A stretch of DNA of 63,487 bases, counting the filler, from Phoronis australis (Eukaryota > Animalia > Phoronida), in NCBI GenBank assembly GCA_002633005.1. It is 10 parts of 10 records of this genome, joined end to end, with 100 filler letters (N's around TTAATTAATTAA, not from the genome) between each part and the next. Parts side by side here need not be neighbours in the genome. Positions count along the whole stretch, not along the records: positions 55,947 to 60,509 come from NMRA01001688.1; positions 60,610 to 62,075 come from NMRA01002592.1; positions 62,176 to 63,487 come from NMRA01001656.1; 7 more parts are not named here. One strand, 5' to 3'. Both the position numbers and the translations under genes were made by a program. Within the stretch, counting starts at the first letter, position 1, and each line of letters starts with the position of its first letter. The notes under the pieces are model-generated. The model did not search any database and had not been told where the DNA came from. It was given only the letters and a program-made list of their open reading frames with translations. Below are positions 60,462-63,487 of the stretch, one piece after another.

Positions 60462-62175
60462 TTTCACAGGTATCGGGTAGTGTCTATTACTCAGTAGCGT
60501 GCAGAAGGGNNNNNNNNNNNNNNNNNNNNNNNNNNNNNNNNNNNNNNNNNNNNTTAATTAATTAANNNNNNNNNNNNNNNNNNNNNNNNNNNNNNNNNNN
60601 NNNNNNNNNATATCGTCCGGGGAGTAGTTTTAACATATAAATTCTACATTGTATGAATTTGTACACAGATCTGGATTGCATTTTACACCTAATCCCAGTT
60701 GCATAAAAGTTATACGCCGTATAGATATAATAACGTCGCATTATCAAGTGTCACGTTGTTATTGCCGAACAATGCACCTGGCGTCATGTAACAATGATCA
60801 AACTTATCCAGCGATAACTTTTGAAGCTTTATGCAACTCAGCCCTGGTGTTATGAATTACCGTGCTATTGGCAAATTTAATCTTACTGTTTCCTAAATGA
60901 AACCACGGGATTTGCCACTTCAGTGTTGTCCACGTATTAATCGGTGTGTTATGTATTATGAATTACTTTAATCACTATGTTACTGTTCGACATTGTATCT
61001 CTGAATGTATGGTAATAAAAGAAAACAAGTTTGTGGCATTTGAAAATTTTTTGTCGAATTGATAGCGAACAACAATTGCATTCTCGACTTTTTACGATTA
61101 AAGAGTGGCAGGATATCTAAGGGATATCTGCAATGGATTGTGGGACTTCCGTCAGCCACGCAATTTCAAGCAGATAACGTACAATTGCACTGGAATCAAC
61201 AGATACGAGGATTAGGTATATACCACAGTCCCTTAAGCGTAAAAATGTCCATTAAGCTGGTATCACGGCTTTCGATTGGAGTTTTAATACGATTCACGAC
61301 ACCACATATTTAATCGTGACGACACCACACAGCCACCATTGTTTTTTTTTTTTGAAGTCTTGAAACAGTACGTCTGCTTAGACAGCAAATACAACAACTG
61401 CAAAAGGGGTTAAGGTGGCTGGCGAGTTCAACCGTAAATGCAATGTCTATTTTTGGGATTTTTTTACATTTGAGGTCCGCCAATATTTTGTTACATTTTT
61501 CGGTCAATGGCAATTGCTATATCTGTTGATTCTGCGTTGTTGATGGTGAATCGTTTAGAGCCTCACTACGTTGTAATCAAGCGACTTTTTGGAAATGAAT
61601 TGGTCAGTTCAACTCAGTGCGCAATTTTCTTTTCATTACATTTCCCGTTGAGATCAGAGGAAACTCAAGTGCAGTAGTAATAATTTGATTCTTACGTTTG
61701 TGTTTGAACATGCCTGCTACTACAAATATACCGATAACCTCAGAGCCGACAACGTCTCAAATATACAGATTTAGGATGCACTGTGCACTTCGCATTGGAT
61801 TTTGCTTGGCTGTGTACAGGCTACTACCGACCGCTGTCTTTCTTCCACTCTGTCGAAAACTGTATGAACAAAATGAAACAATGAGAGACGTTTCACCTCA
61901 AAACTACTACACATAACCACAATAGCTTATATTTTTGGTCCTTTTATTTCCCAAATTATGTTCCGAAATTGGTGGCAAAATCACAAAATTGACAGTTTCC
62001 AGCACAAAACACCACTTCTCGCCAATGCTAGATCTTCTGAAAGCTGTTGAAAGGCGAAAGTACATATGAAGATTCNNNNNNNNNNNNNNNNNNNNNNNNN
62101 NNNNNNNNNNNNNNNNNNNTTAATTAATTAANNNNNNNNNNNNNNNNNNNNNNNNNNNNNNNNNNNNNNNNNNNN

Positions 62176-63190
62176 CCATCATGGAAGAGTCGCACCATCT
62201 TAACAAACTTTTGGGGGCAGCCATATCGACTCAGGACTGTCCACAGTGCCTCTCGGTTGACAGTGTCGAAGGCCTTAGTCAGGTCTATGAAGACTGAGTA
62301 GAGGGCCATGTTCTGTTCAATGCACTTCTCTTGAACTTGCCTCAGAGCAAAAATGATCTCCACCGTACTGCGTCCTGGCCGGAAGCCACACTGCGATTCC
62401 GGTAGATTATGCTCTGAGGCGGTGACAAGTCTGTTCAGAATGATGCGATCGAAGATCTTGCCGGCGATAGAGAGCAATGAGATACCCCTGTAGTTTCCAC
62501 AGTCCGCTTTGCTTCCCTTGTTTTTATAGTAAACAACGATCAAGGCGTCTCGCGGAAGTCGTCTGGCATGACCTCTTCCTCCCAGATGCTGTTCAGGATG
62601 TCGTGGAGGGCTGATATGGTGACTGGACCTGCTGCCATATAGATCTCAGCAGGTATGCCATCCTTTCCTGAGGCTGTGTCACTATTCATCTGGGATATGG
62701 CTTTCTCAATCTCCTCTATGGACGGTGGTAAGTCTAGTTCTTCAAGCATGGGTTGCTGCGGGATCTCTTCTAGAGCAGAAGGGTCAACTGTGGAAGGCTT
62801 GTTTAGCAGAGTGCTGAAGTGTTCAGCCCAGCGGTCCCTTAGTCCTTCTGGTCTTTGATGAGGCTCGATCCGTCATAAGACAACAAAGGAGAGCATCCTC
62901 CTTAGAGTTGTGGGAGTCAGCGTGTTGTTGAACTTCAGCCTTTCTCTGCCACCACTGATCTTGCATTTCCCTCAGTTCCAGCTGCGCTTTGCTCTGTAAG
63001 TGTTTGAACCTGTCCTTCTTTGAGACGGACAATGAATCATTCTGCCACTCTACATAGGCTTTTTTCTTGGCATCAAGGGTTGTAGAAATGGCTTCATTGT
63101 TTTCATAAAACCAGTCTTGGTGCACCCGGGGATTCGGTCCCAGTACCGTTTCTGCGGTTTCTGTCACGGCCTCCATGAACTGCGCCCATT
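62176..63190 (-). mobile_element. RTE-clade (BovB-like) LINE, frameshifted reverse transcriptase region
   Basis: HQDWFYENN, GKDGIPAEIY, NYRGISLLSIAGKIF, LPESQCGFRPGRST, LRQVQEKCIEQN and VFIDLTKAFDTVNREALW are spread over three broken ORFs. Cut by a spacer. Confidence 0.93.
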
Positions 63191-63487
63191 AGATCGGAAA
63201 TGATGAATCACACAACAAATCTGTGCGTGATGGTTTTTAAAGTGGTAAAGCCGTTCTACTGGGGCAATCCCACTCTCTCGGCTGAGGAAACCTTGATCCA
63301 GTGACACAGAAAACTGTTACGGCTGGAGGTTACCCCTGCTGCAGTGGATGACCATGATTTCTTTGGTGCCTCGTCGTGCTCTGAGCGCTCCACAGCGCTT
63401 GCTGAAACCGCCGTCTTGACCGTTGGACCACTGGGGGTCTCTTCCGCACAGTCTGCTGGAGCCAGTCTCCACATGCTAGGGTAGACA

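Overview
Eukaryotic, intron-containing genomic DNA, most likely from a bilaterian invertebrate (inferred from complement C3-like, LAPTM4 and ARMC2 exons, a CTCF consensus site and animal TE families). The window is not one contiguous locus. It is ten segments joined by nine identical 100-nt artificial spacers (N44-TTAATTAATTAA-N44), so adjacency across spacers is unproven. The dominant feature is a ~22-kb array of a 199-bp satellite (9324-31437, roughly 105-110 monomers). It has a near-homogeneous core, diverged multi-monomer duplications, an inverted block and a fold-back junction, and it lies between two copies of the same deleted Sola3-like transposase. Splice sites and phases support seven consecutive ARMC2 exons (-), the last two LAPTM4 exons (-), the last four exons (C345C/NTR domain) of a complement C3/C4/C5-like gene (+), one FN3-like exon and one unidentified terminal exon. 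Mobile elements include AcademX-like, Sola3-like, Kolobok-like/THAP, Harbinger-like MITE and RTE-clade LINE relics. The many 62-aa ORFs in the track are satellite artefacts. No CRISPR, rRNA or tRNA was found. I found no proven new biological system. The best leads are the satellite architecture, tandem duplication of two ARMC2 splice donors and the divergent C3-like C-terminus. All homology calls are from recognition by eye, not database searches.
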